64,000 nt of DNA from Candidatus Latescibacterota bacterium (lineage in GTDB: Bacteria > Latescibacterota > UBA2968). The stretch spans positions 5,152,001 to 5,216,000 of the forward strand of contig OZ244960.1 of NCBI GenBank assembly GCA_965222605.1, given 5' to 3'. A model generated the notes under the pieces. That model searched no databases, was not told where the DNA came from, and worked only from the letters and a program-made list of their open reading frames with translations. Position 1 is the stretch's first letter. Each line of letters opens with the position of its first letter. Below, piece after piece: positions 9,924 through 19,517 of this stretch. Both the position numbers and the translations under genes were made by a program.

Positions 9924-10325
9924 ATGGACGCACGTAAAACTGTACAGACCTATTTTGACGCGCTTACATCGAGAGATGCCCGGCGGTTAATTGCCCTTAT
10001 GTCTCGCGCGTCTTATTACGTCAAAATAGGTACAGATGAAAACGAATATATCCAGAGTGGGAAAAATATACCCGAATACTATCGTCACCATGTGGATAGT
10101 ACAGAGGATTTCACCATTACATGCGATTATCTCGATGTTCAAGAGCGCGAGGCAGTTGCATGGTTTTATACACGTCAGACCTGGGATCTCAAATGGCAGG
10201 GCCAGCGCGAAAAACTGTCTATGCGCTTGACGGGTGTTCTCGAAAAAGAAAAAGATCAGTGGAAATTTGTCCAGATCCACGCCTCACTCGGCGTACCTGA
10301 ATCAGGAGATATGCACGATGGATGA
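9924..10325 (+). CDS. SnoaL-like / NTF2-fold protein
   Basis: 133 aa; motifs IGTDENE, RLTGVLEKEKDQWKFVQIHASLG. Confidence 0.85.
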   Translation: MDARKTVQTYFDALTSRDARRLIALMSRASYYVKIGTDENEYIQSGKNIPEYYRHHVDSTEDFTITCDYLDVQEREAVAWFYTRQTWDLKWQGQREKLSMRLTGVLEKEKDQWKFVQIHASLGVPESGDMHDG

Positions 10326-11550
10326 ACTTGCCATTAACGGTGGCGCAAAGGCCAAAACTGTTCCGTACAATCAACCGAATAAATACACCGATGAAGAACG
10401 CGAATTGTTGCTCGAGGTTCTCGATTCGGGTAAACTGATGGGACCAGGTGGGAAAGTTGCAGATTTTGAAGCTGAAATATGTCGCGCATTCGATGTCAAA
10501 CACGCGATTATGGTGACATCTGGCACGGTTGCACTGCAAACGGCTCTTGCCGCGCTCGGAGTTTCTGAAGGCGATGAGGTTATTACCACGCCTATGACAG
10601 ATTTTGGCACGACTGCGGCTATACTCGCGCTGCATGCTATCCCGGTTTTTTCTGATATTGATCTGTCAACCCGCTTGCTCGATCCGCAAAAGGTGCGCGA
10701 GAAAATTACCGATAAGACCAGAGCTATTATTACCGTCCACATGGCCGGTATGCCGTGTGAGATGGATGCGTTTCTGGATATCAGCGAAGAGACCGGGATT
10801 AAAATTCTCGAGGATTGCGCGCAGGCACACGGCGCGACTTATCGCGGTCAATTTGTCGGTGCGATTGGACACGCTGCAGGATTTTCCATGAATGAGTCCA
10901 AGCAAATTTCCACTGGCGATGGTGGTTTTGTCACGACCAATGACGATGAGACCGCTGAAATCGCCCGCCTTTTCCGAGATAAAACTTATTTGCGCGACCA
11001 GAAACTCGAACGCGGTGTGCAACCCATTCCTTTCTTTGGCACTAATTTGCGCCCAACCTGCTTGCAAGCCGCTATCGCTATTGCCCAACTTCACAAGCTC
11101 GAATATCTCGTTGCCCGCCGCGACCAGATTGTTCGGCGATACTATGCCGAACTCGGCGACCTGCCCTATCTCGATTTTCCGAAGATAGCTGATAACGTCC
11201 ACCCTTCGTGGTGGCCGCTTGCCATTCGCTATACGGGCAGCGCGCCAACGCGGGATGAACTCGTCGATGTTTTTCGCGCCGAGGGCATTTCCATAAATAC
11301 CAGTATGTCTGCAGTTAAAAATATCCTCCGCACGGAAGTTATCCAGAAACGCAAGTACTATCCTTTAACGGACGATATTCCGACATTCTGGCAAAATACT
11401 GCGTACAATCCCGACGACTGTCCCAATGTCGATACCCTGCAAGCCACTTGCCTGCGCCTTCCCGTGAATGAACGCTATACCGACGAGGATATCGATCAAA
11501 CGATCGCGGCGGTGAAGAAGGTTTGGGCGCACTATTTTTACGCAATATAG
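10318..11550 (+). CDS. DegT/DnrJ/EryC1/StrS family PLP-dependent aminotransferase
   Basis: Start ATG 10318 with CAGGAG RBS. Motifs LAINGG, TSGTVAL, GDEVITTPMT, EDCAQAHG and PLP lysine SKQISTGDGG. Confidence 0.93.
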   Translation: MDELAINGGAKAKTVPYNQPNKYTDEERELLLEVLDSGKLMGPGGKVADFEAEICRAFDVKHAIMVTSGTVALQTALAALGVSEGDEVITTPMTDFGTTAAILALHAIPVFSDIDLSTRLLDPQKVREKITDKTRAIITVHMAGMPCEMDAFLDISEETGIKILEDCAQAHGATYRGQFVGAIGHAAGFSMNESKQISTGDGGFVTTNDDETAEIARLFRDKTYLRDQKLERGVQPIPFFGTNLRPTCLQAAIAIAQLHKLEYLVARRDQIVRRYYAELGDLPYLDFPKIADNVHPSWWPLAIRYTGSAPTRDELVDVFRAEGISINTSMSAVKNILRTEVIQKRKYYPLTDDIPTFWQNTAYNPDDCPNVDTLQATCLRLPVNERYTDEDIDQTIAAVKKVWAHYFYAI

Positions 11551-11568
11551 CGCGCGTTGTTTGTTGTC

Positions 11569-11597
11569 TTGACCAATTATCCGAAACTGAGTAAATT
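11569..11597 (+). promoter_or_regulatory. Putative sigma-70 promoter TTGACC-N17-TAAATT
   Basis: Near-consensus -35/-10 with 17-nt spacer, upstream of the amidohydrolase ATG at 11635. Confidence 0.55.
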
Positions 11598-11634
11598 GCC
11601 CGTCACAAATCTACAACAACTGGTAAAGCTAACC

Positions 11635-12456
11635 ATGACCTTAGATATCGAATCCGGTATTCGTCGCCCCAAAATTGACATGCACTGCCATGTCTGGCTT
11701 ATGGATGGGTGGGAGCAGTCCGCTGATCAGCTCGTCGCTTCGGGCGATATGCTCGGTATTACCGAATACTGGTGTTCTTCCATTATCCAGCAGGGCATTC
11801 TGGCACCTGTTGAGGATGTGCCCCCTCACAACGATACTATTTTGAGCGCGATGGCGCGCCATCCCAAACGCATTCGCGGCTGGTGCTTTGTTATTCCCGG
11901 TCATTTTCAAGACGCCATAGACGAGGCTGAGCGCTGTCTTGACGCGGGCATGATTGGCATTAAGCTCTACAATCAGTACCGAATCAACGATCCGGTCTTA
12001 CACCCCATTCTCGAATTGGCGACCGAACGCCGCGTGCCCATTCTTCAGCACGCCGGATACCCCGTTCCGGAACATCGCGCAAGCCAGCCGCTCATTTCAC
12101 ACGGCATTCACTTTAGCGAAGCCAGTGAAAAATATCCCGATGCGATTCTCATTCACGCCCATATCGGAGGCGGAGGCGATTGGGAACACACGGTGCGCGA
12201 AATGCGCCAGGCGTCTCCCAATGTTTATATCGATGTGTCGGGTAGCAATCTGGACGATGGGCAGGTCGAATACGCGGTTTCAGAACTCGGCGTCGAGCGC
12301 GTGCTTTTTGGCACTGATGGCACGATGGCTGGCTCGGTGGGCAAAGTTCTCGATGCAGACCTCACCGAAGACGAACGCGAACACATTTTTTGGACCAATG
12401 CCGAGCGCATTCTCGCGCAACAGGGGGCTGCGCCCACAGAACCCCGCACCTCTTAA
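11635..12456 (+). CDS. Amidohydrolase family protein (Amidohydro_2)
   Basis: Motifs IDMHCH, GIKLY, LQHAG, HAHIGGG, NVYIDVSG, ERVLFGTD. Confidence 0.9.
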   Translation: MTLDIESGIRRPKIDMHCHVWLMDGWEQSADQLVASGDMLGITEYWCSSIIQQGILAPVEDVPPHNDTILSAMARHPKRIRGWCFVIPGHFQDAIDEAERCLDAGMIGIKLYNQYRINDPVLHPILELATERRVPILQHAGYPVPEHRASQPLISHGIHFSEASEKYPDAILIHAHIGGGGDWEHTVREMRQASPNVYIDVSGSNLDDGQVEYAVSELGVERVLFGTDGTMAGSVGKVLDADLTEDEREHIFWTNAERILAQQGAAPTEPRTS

Positions 12457-12473
12457 AGAAAGAATACAACCAG

Positions 12474-13271
12474 ATGCTTATAGATGTAAATGCCTGGCTC
12501 GGCACATGGCCTTTCCGATCCCTGCGCGACAATACGCCCGATGCGCTCATCACACGCCTCGACCGCTCGGGTATTGACAAAGCTGTTGTCTCTTATATCG
12601 AAGCCGCATTTCACAGGCATCCGCAATCGGCGAATGAACGGCTCGCCCGCGATGTTGAACCGCATGGCGATCGCCTTATTCCAGTTGGTACAATTAATCC
12701 CCTGTCGCCGCATTGGGAAGATGACCTGACATCCTGTATTGATCTCGGTATGAGAGGGATTCGCCTTTTTCCGCAATACCACAATTACCAGACCGATGGT
12801 GCTGAAAGTCGAAGCGTCGTTCAAGCCTGCGCTCAGTGCAATCTTCCGGTTTTTATACCACATAGACTCGAAGATGTTCGCCAGCATCACTGGATGGATC
12901 CGGGGCAGAGTCTTGACCTGACACAACTCGCCAATCTGATCGCGGCTGTACCCAGTGCAGCGATTATCATTCCCAATGCCCGTCCGCTTGCGCGGTCACC
13001 ACTCTGGATGCGAGAGGACCTGCGCGATTTGAACTGGTATTTCGATCTTTCATTGGCCGAAATTCACTATGGTCTGCACAAAAGTACCAATGCGATGAAG
13101 GATCTGGGATATTTGATTGAAGAAGGCGGTGCGAATCATATTCTCTTTGGTACGCATTTGCCCTTCTCTTATGCTGGTCCGGCTCTTGTCAAACTCGCCA
13201 CCCTGCCCGTTGATAAAGAAACGCTCGAAGATATCAAATACCGCACGGCCGCCAAACTTCTGAATTTTTAG
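12474..13271 (+). CDS. Amidohydrolase family protein, second member with degenerate metal ligands
   Basis: IDVNAWLG.WPFR, GIRLFPQYHNY, HILFGTHLP; typical partner in paired Amidohydro_2 genes. Confidence 0.85.
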   Translation: MLIDVNAWLGTWPFRSLRDNTPDALITRLDRSGIDKAVVSYIEAAFHRHPQSANERLARDVEPHGDRLIPVGTINPLSPHWEDDLTSCIDLGMRGIRLFPQYHNYQTDGAESRSVVQACAQCNLPVFIPHRLEDVRQHHWMDPGQSLDLTQLANLIAAVPSAAIIIPNARPLARSPLWMREDLRDLNWYFDLSLAEIHYGLHKSTNAMKDLGYLIEEGGANHILFGTHLPFSYAGPALVKLATLPVDKETLEDIKYRTAAKLLNF

Positions 13272-13312
13272 ACGTTTTTTAAGATTTTCTACCAGCCTAA
13301 ACCGTCAAAAAC

Positions 13313-13358
13313 TGCTCAAACCAAATGCCCCTGTTTCTACCAATGAAACAGGGCATTT
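13313..13358. terminator. Bidirectional intrinsic terminator, copy 1 of a ~46-bp direct repeat
   Basis: Hairpin AAATGCCCCTGTTTC-loop-GAAACAGGGCATTT between convergent genes; near-identical copy at 14180-14226. Confidence 0.7.
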
Positions 13359-13408
13359 ACTGTGTGGTGCAAAATCCACAATATTTGATAAGACCTCAAG
13401 CTCACTCT

Positions 13409-14071
13409 TCAGTTATCTACGTATTCAGCACACACCAATTGATTTAAAAAAAAGAAATCCAAATGCGCTGCCTGTAAGAGTGTTTCAAGAAGCTGATAAC
13501 CCATAATTGGAAAAGGAAATAACATAAAACGTCTATCATCAATAATTCTAAAACCAGAACTAACTAAAAGTGCCTGCATTTCTTTTAGGCTCAAGATCTG
13601 ATATATGATTGATCCCGAGAAATGACCAAATAGTAAACCCAGTTTAATTCCCAACGGAGTTGGATCAATTATTATTAATTTGCCATGAGGTTTGAGCACT
13701 CGTCGGCACTCATCAATATGGCACTGTAGATTTGACAGATGTTTAATCACTGCTGTAGAAAAAATAATATCGACGCTATTTGAAAGCAGGGGTAAAATTT
13801 CACCCGTGGCCTGAATCAGGTTTAGAATCCTCTCTTTAGCAATTTTCAGGCGATCATATCTCGTGTCAATACCTATTCCCATTTGAATAACACTGTGATC
13901 TAATATAGTTCTCAACACCTGGCCATCCGCAGTTCCAACATCAACAATTATAGCTTGTTTTGCAACATCAAGAGATTTAATCTGCTGAACCATCATCTCA
14001 GATCTTCTGTAAAGTCCAAATTTGTGAATAGTACTGGTTTGTCTTTTGCGAAGGTAGTTTTCCGTTTTCAT
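13409..14071 (-). CDS. Class I SAM-dependent methyltransferase (AT-rich insert)
   Basis: Motifs IVDVGTADG, GIGID, LPLLSNSVDII, RRVLKPHGKLII; visibly AT-rich compared with neighbours. Confidence 0.88.
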   Translation of the reverse strand: MKTENYLRKRQTSTIHKFGLYRRSEMMVQQIKSLDVAKQAIIVDVGTADGQVLRTILDHSVIQMGIGIDTRYDRLKIAKERILNLIQATGEILPLLSNSVDIIFSTAVIKHLSNLQCHIDECRRVLKPHGKLIIIDPTPLGIKLGLLFGHFSGSIIYQILSLKEMQALLVSSGFRIIDDRRFMLFPFPIMGYQLLETLLQAAHLDFFFLNQLVCAEYVDN

Positions 14072-14179
14072 TTTTTTATGCTAAGGATTTTCTCCTTAGG
14101 ATCCTTTCTCCGAACAAGATAAAGTGTCCACTAAAACGGTTTAAATCTACCAATTTGCTGCTCAGCAGATCGATACACA

Positions 14180-14226
14180 TGCTCAAACCAAATGCCCCCA
14201 TTTCTACCAGTGAAACAGGGGCGTTT
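14180..14226. terminator. Intrinsic terminator, copy 2 of the direct repeat (downstream of iorA)
   Basis: TGCTCAAACCAAATGCCCCCATTTCTACCAGTGAAACAGGGGCGTTT versus TGCTCAAACCAAATGCCCCTGTTTCTACCAATGAAACAGGGCATTT at 13313. Confidence 0.7.
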
Positions 14227-14250
14227 GAATTGGTTTTTATGGTGGTTTAA

Positions 14251-15861
14251 TTACACTTCTCGACACGGCTTTCGCACAATGACGAGGTTGAGGGTGAGAT
14301 CTTGAAGGGCGTCTCGGAAGACGCTACGCATCTGGTCGTCGGTATCTTGTTCATGGACTTCGCGGACTCGTGACGCTCCGCATGCAAGGGCGAGGTCGCG
14401 CATGGTGACTTGCGGTCCGGCTTCGCCATCTATTTGAACGCCCTGATCGGGTGTGGTTTGTCCACCAGTGGTAAGCGAGCCGCCATTGTCGAGTACCATA
14501 ACAATGGGCGTCGCACCTGTGGCGCGCGCATGGACGAGGGCATTGATGCCGCCGTGATAAAAGGCAGAGTCGCCACAGATCGCAATGGTGCGTTCGGCAA
14601 TATCCGTTTTGCTCAGGCCACAGGCTACGCCAATAGCGGATCCCATTGAAAGTTTGGTGTCGAGCATGGGAGCGGCCATTACCACGCATCCCGGATCGGC
14701 AGATATAAAGGGATTTTGACCGAGGGCATTGGCTTCTTCGCGGAGTGCAGAAAGGATTTCTGTGAAGGGGCAACCGGCGCAGTGGTTTTTGCGAAAGGGT
14801 TTTTCGCTTTCCCAATTTTCTTCGGTGTAGCGCGTGGTTGGCGAGAAACCCGGAAGATAGCTATCGAGTGCGTTTTGTATATGCCAGCGGAAGAGTTCCC
14901 CCACACTGGTGAGATGTCCCGTGCGTTTGCCCAGAATTGACGGGGTAAAACCGGCGTCGTAACCAATGGCTTTGATGGCGTCTTCAACATAGGGATCGAC
15001 TTCTTCAACGACGAGTACTTCGCTACACTTTGCGAGAAAGTCTGCGATGAGTTTTTGCGGGAGGGGATACAGGGCACTGAGTTTGAGGATGGAGAGGTCA
15101 GATGTGTCTGCCCCTTCAAGCGCGTCGAGGAGTTTGGTATGTACCATGCCACAAGCGATGATGCCTTTTTGTCCATCGCCAACTATGTGATTGAAGGGCA
15201 GGTCGCTAAATTGTGCGGTGGCGCGTGCGATTTTTTCGTGTAATTCTGTGTGGTTGCCTTCGGTTGTGCGAAGTGCGGATATCCAACTCATTGGTTCGCG
15301 GTCGGGTTCGCGGGTGGGGTGTTGCGCTGCGGGACGGAAGTCTGAGAGGACCTGCGTGCTGACGCTGTAACTTCTGGTCAGGCGCAAAATCACGATGGAT
15401 TGCAGGCTTTCTGAGTATTCAAAAGCCCATTTTATCATGTCGCGGCCTTCTTCTGGCGTGGCGGGTTCGAGCATTGGAAGTTCGGCCAGGGGACCAAGGG
15501 TGCGTGTATCTTGTTCGTTTTGCGATCCCCAGGCGCCGGGATCATCGCCCATGACAATGACAAGTCCGGCGTGTACACCGGTCATGTTGAGCACCATCAG
15601 GGTATCGAGCGCGACGTTCATGCCCACGCTTTTGAGACATACGAGCGCGCGCTTGCCGCCTTGTGATGCACCAGCAGCCATATCCAGGGCAATGCGTTCA
15701 TTGATACACCATTCGGCGTGATGCCCGTGGTCTTTGGCCATTTCGGCCATGGCGTTAAAAGTATTTGTGCCGGGTGAGCCGGGATACCCGGTTACAACGC
15801 CGACGCCCGCTTCTACCGCACCCCATGCCAGGGCGCGTTCTCCGTCAATGGTATGGGTCAT
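14251..15861 (-). CDS. iorA: Indolepyruvate:ferredoxin oxidoreductase subunit alpha-like TPP enzyme
   Basis: Motifs GYPGSP, NERIAL, LKSVGMNVALD, DDPGAWGSQNEQDTR, CAGCP, DPGC and TPP motif GDSAFYHGG...LDN. Confidence 0.85.
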   Translation of the reverse strand: MTHTIDGERALAWGAVEAGVGVVTGYPGSPGTNTFNAMAEMAKDHGHHAEWCINERIALDMAAGASQGGKRALVCLKSVGMNVALDTLMVLNMTGVHAGLVIVMGDDPGAWGSQNEQDTRTLGPLAELPMLEPATPEEGRDMIKWAFEYSESLQSIVILRLTRSYSVSTQVLSDFRPAAQHPTREPDREPMSWISALRTTEGNHTELHEKIARATAQFSDLPFNHIVGDGQKGIIACGMVHTKLLDALEGADTSDLSILKLSALYPLPQKLIADFLAKCSEVLVVEEVDPYVEDAIKAIGYDAGFTPSILGKRTGHLTSVGELFRWHIQNALDSYLPGFSPTTRYTEENWESEKPFRKNHCAGCPFTEILSALREEANALGQNPFISADPGCVVMAAPMLDTKLSMGSAIGVACGLSKTDIAERTIAICGDSAFYHGGINALVHARATGATPIVMVLDNGGSLTTGGQTTPDQGVQIDGEAGPQVTMRDLALACGASRVREVHEQDTDDQMRSVFRDALQDLTLNLVIVRKPCREV

Positions 15862-15967
15862 TGTTATACTCCTGAATAAAAAGATCGGGTGATAGCAGTG
15901 GAAATAGTAAAACGCGCGAGGACATATTTGTCAAGAGCAGAAGGAATTGTGTGGCGATGGGGTAAAA

Positions 15968-17337
15968 TCAAATAAAGCCAATCATCTGCCAATATAACAG
16001 GGTCAGTGGAAGTAACACGATGAGCGTCAGCAGAGAAATCAGCGACATCACGAGTGCGAATTGTCCCATTCGGGCATAGCGAAAACTGTATGCGACAATA
16101 AATGGCGCGCCCTGATAGGGGATGAAAACCACGCCTGTGCCGATTGCCAGACTGAGGGCGATGGGTAGGGGCGATAGACCGAGTTGAGGACCGAGGTCGA
16201 GCAGGAAGGGAGCGAGTACGCCACCAACCGCAGCGGTGTCCATCAAGAAATCAAATGGCACAGCCAGACAAGCTATAAGGGCGAGTTGGGCAATGGGAGT
16301 TTCAACTGTTTGGAGATGGTGTATGAATACGGACGCGAGGGCGCGGTTGAGGCCAGATTGTTCGAGGGCGTGACCAATGGCAAAGACCGCGGAGATGAAT
16401 ATGAGAAGGGGAAAATTGACTTTTTTTATGGTGTCAAAAGGCAAGGGTCCCCAGCCGGGTAGATAGCAGAGGAGGACGAGGGCAAGGCCGATATAGACCG
16501 GGTGTATGCCGTGTATAACATCGGTTGTCCACAGGAGAACACCTGCGATGAGAATACCGAGTATTTTTTTTTCGGGACCGGTCATGTGGGCGGGAACATC
16601 GGCGATAGCGGAATGGCCCGAGAGATCGAGTTCCCGCGAGGGGCGAAATAGCAAACGGATAAGGCCGTAGAGCAGGCCAACGCGCAGGAGGCCAATGATG
16701 GGAAAGAGATAATAGGCCCATTCGCTCCAGTAGATTGTGATATCGCGCGATTCCAGAACGCCGAGAATGACCAGATTGGGCACGCTGGCCGTTAGTATGC
16801 CCGTGCCGCTGTAATACGTGGCGCAGGTTAGTGAGAGAACGAGACCAGCACTGACTTTTGAGTTAGGGGCTTCGCCGAGGGTTTTGAGCAGAGATACGAC
16901 CATCGGCATCAAAATGAGGATGCGCACGACGCCAGAGGGGATCAACAGCGCCATTGTGAGGCCCAGGATGTGCAGGCCAAAGACGAGTTGCCGATACCCA
17001 CTCAGGCGACCGAGTACGCTTTGGGCCATTCGCGCCCCCAGCGGTGTTTCGGTAATGCCCAGGCTCAATGCCATTCCGGCAAAGACGAGCCAGACAGCTT
17101 TGCCAGAGAAGCCCTGAAAAGTGGTTTCAAAGGAGAGGATTTCGAGAAGCGGAAAGAGTGTGAGAATGAAGATGGCGGTGTAGGAAATAGGGATGGGTTC
17201 AAAGGTCCAGAAAATAACGGTGAGCGCGGTGAGGCCAAGTGCCATGCGGGCAGATATGCCAAGGTCACTGGGGAAGATGAGAATAAACAGTGCCGCGCGG
17301 GGCCGAGGATGAGGCCAATGGTTTGGGAACGGGTCAT
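15968..17337 (-). pseudogene. SLC13/DASS (Na+:sulfate/dicarboxylate symporter) family permease with a frameshift near the N-terminus
   Basis: Body has FWTFEPIP, GFSGKAVWLVFAG, LLIPSGVVR, LTASVPNL, IPYQGAP. MTRSQTIGLILGPA (ATG 17337) and ALFILIFPSDLGISARMALG lie in different frames, with the break at CCCGCGCGGCACTG (about 17290-17300). Confidence 0.75.
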
Positions 17338-17423
17338 ATCAGTCATTTATTTTTTTGGTGTGTATGCAAGATAAGAGGACATGAGGTGATGGACAAATGA
17401 ATTGTAGCCATACGAGTTCGATA

Positions 17424-17452
17424 TTGATTATAAGCAAAAAATCGCGTAATTT
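17424..17452 (+). promoter_or_regulatory. Putative sigma-70 promoter TTGATT-N17-TAATTT for the nagA operon
   Basis: -35/-10 with 17-nt spacer, followed by AAGGAG RBS and ATG 17476. Confidence 0.5.
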
Positions 17453-17475
17453 AGCGCGAAGAAAGGAGACAAAAG

Positions 17476-18645
17476 ATGAATTTTAGAGGCAAATTGGTTG
17501 ATACGTCACATGTCGTAACCGTACAAACAGATGGTGAGCAGATCGCGGCTATTCATCGCGGGGTGGCGGGAGATGCGATTGGTGGAGACGATGTGTGGAT
17601 CGCGCCGGCGATTTTTGATGTGCAGGTCAATGGTGTGGGTGGGATCAACTACAAAGCCAAGAATTTGACAGTGGAGAAAATCGTGGAGACGGCGGCGTGG
17701 ATGCACAGGAAGGGTACGGGTTTGTGGTGCCCTACGGTGACGACTTCGTCTGAGGAAGATGCGGTTCACGGTCTGGCGCTGTTGGCAAAGGCATGCGAGG
17801 AATCAGAAGTTGCGCGTGCGTCTTTTGTCGGGTTTCACGTTGAGGGACCTTATATCGCATCTGAAGATGGCCCACGCGGGGCGCACCCCCTGGAACATGT
17901 GCGCGATCCAGACTGGGATGAATTTCAGCGGTATCAGGAAGCGGCTGGTGGGCGCATTGCGATTTTTACGCTTGCGCCCGAGCGAGACGGTGCATTGGAA
18001 TTTATTGAGAAGGTGGCTGCAACGGGTGTTATTGTTTCAATTGGTCATTCGGGCGCGAGTCCCGAGCGCATCCAGGAGGCGGTTGTCGCCGGTGCCCAAA
18101 TGTCAACCCATCTGGGCAATGGCGCGCATGCCGAGTTGCCGCGCCATCCCAATTATATATGGGAACAACTCGCGGCAGATGCGTTGTGGGCAGGGATTAT
18201 TCCCGACGGATTTCACCTGCCACCTGCGGTGTTGAAGAGTTTTTATCGCGCAAAAGGCAAAGAACGTCTATGTTTGGTGAGTGATGTGGCATCTATCGCT
18301 GGCCTGTCGCCGGGTATTTACGGCAGCGAAAGCGGGTTGGGGCAGAGCGAGTTGCACGCCAATGGCAAAATTTCACTGGCGGGAACGCCTTATCTGGCGG
18401 GTGCGGGTTTGTTTTTGGACAGTGGCATTCCCAATGCCGTGCGGTTTACAGACGCTTCGCTATCCGATGCTATTGAAATGACATCGATCAACCCGGCGCG
18501 TTTGTTGGGGATAGAAGACCGCGTGGGGTCTGTGGATGTCGGCAAAGAGGCGAGTCTATCTCTATTCCGCTGGGAAGAAGGGCAGGAGAAATTGGACTTG
18601 GTGGCAACGGTGGTGCGCGGGCAGGTCGTTTATCAGGCTGCATAA
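17476..18645 (+). CDS. nagA: N-acetylglucosamine-6-phosphate deacetylase-like amidohydrolase
   Basis: Motifs DVQVNG, PTVTT, GFHVEGPY, RGAHP, TLAPE, IGHS, THLGNG, DGFHLPP, LVSD, LAGA, NPARLLG. Confidence 0.85.
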   Translation: MNFRGKLVDTSHVVTVQTDGEQIAAIHRGVAGDAIGGDDVWIAPAIFDVQVNGVGGINYKAKNLTVEKIVETAAWMHRKGTGLWCPTVTTSSEEDAVHGLALLAKACEESEVARASFVGFHVEGPYIASEDGPRGAHPLEHVRDPDWDEFQRYQEAAGGRIAIFTLAPERDGALEFIEKVAATGVIVSIGHSGASPERIQEAVVAGAQMSTHLGNGAHAELPRHPNYIWEQLAADALWAGIIPDGFHLPPAVLKSFYRAKGKERLCLVSDVASIAGLSPGIYGSESGLGQSELHANGKISLAGTPYLAGAGLFLDSGIPNAVRFTDASLSDAIEMTSINPARLLGIEDRVGSVDVGKEASLSLFRWEEGQEKLDLVATVVRGQVVYQAA

Positions 18646-18656
18646 AGGAATTCTAT

Positions 18657-19505
18657 ATGGCTAAAAAAAAGGTTGTTGTAACAGGTGCATCGGGCTATGT
18701 GTCAGGGCGGATGTTGCTGGCATTGCGCGAGAGATACGATTTGACATTGTTGGATGTGAAGACGACCAACCGCGAGGGTGAAGAAGTTGAAGGCGTGCAA
18801 GTTGTGGATTTAGAAAATCCGGATCGTGATGCGTATCGCGCCCATTTTCAAGGTGCCGATGCTGTGGTACACAGCGGGTTTAAGGGGACTGTAGATTGGC
18901 ATCATACGGATTATTGGAAGGAATCCGATAATATTCGGATGTGTTACAATGTGTATCAAACATGTGTTGAAGAAGGTGTGAAACGCATTGTGGTGATGAG
19001 TTCAAATCACGCATGCGATTTTTACGAGCGGTTGATCTGGTCTGACCGATTGGATTTTGCCACGACTGCTATGCTGCCTCTGTCTGACAATTTTTATGGT
19101 TGGGCAAAGTCGTCGTACGAGCATCTGGCTTTTGTGTTTGCAACGGGCAATGCTACCAATGGCAAGCGGCTGGAGAGTGTTCACATTCGCATTGGCGCGC
19201 CCCGAGATACCATTATGGAAGGGCAGACGGCGAATGATTTGAAGCAATTGCACCGCGAATTGGGCGCGTATTTGAGTGCGCGGGATTTGTCGCAATTGGT
19301 GATCAAAAGTATCGAGGCAGAGAATATTGAAGATGAAAATGGGGTGCCGTTTCAGGTGTTTTTTGGCATCAGCGGGAATACGCACCGGTTCTGGAATATC
19401 GACAATGCAAGGCGCGTTGTGGGATATGCGCCAGAGGATGATAGTCAGATCCGATTTGCGGAGGAGATTGCAGAGATTATTCGAGAAGTACAAAAAAAGC
19501 AATAA
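18657..19505 (+). CDS. NAD-dependent epimerase/dehydratase (uronate dehydrogenase-like)
   Basis: Motifs VTGASGYV, MSSNHA, YGWAK, IRIG, YLSARDL, WNIDNARRVVGYAPED. Confidence 0.85.
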   Translation: MAKKKVVVTGASGYVSGRMLLALRERYDLTLLDVKTTNREGEEVEGVQVVDLENPDRDAYRAHFQGADAVVHSGFKGTVDWHHTDYWKESDNIRMCYNVYQTCVEEGVKRIVVMSSNHACDFYERLIWSDRLDFATTAMLPLSDNFYGWAKSSYEHLAFVFATGNATNGKRLESVHIRIGAPRDTIMEGQTANDLKQLHRELGAYLSARDLSQLVIKSIEAENIEDENGVPFQVFFGISGNTHRFWNIDNARRVVGYAPEDDSQIRFAEEIAEIIREVQKKQ

Positions 19506-19517
19506 TGGGTTTTGAAT

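Noticed and set aside
13313-14226. Integron cassette with attC sites
   Set aside because: The repeats lack RYYYAAC/GTTRRRY ends and no intI is present.
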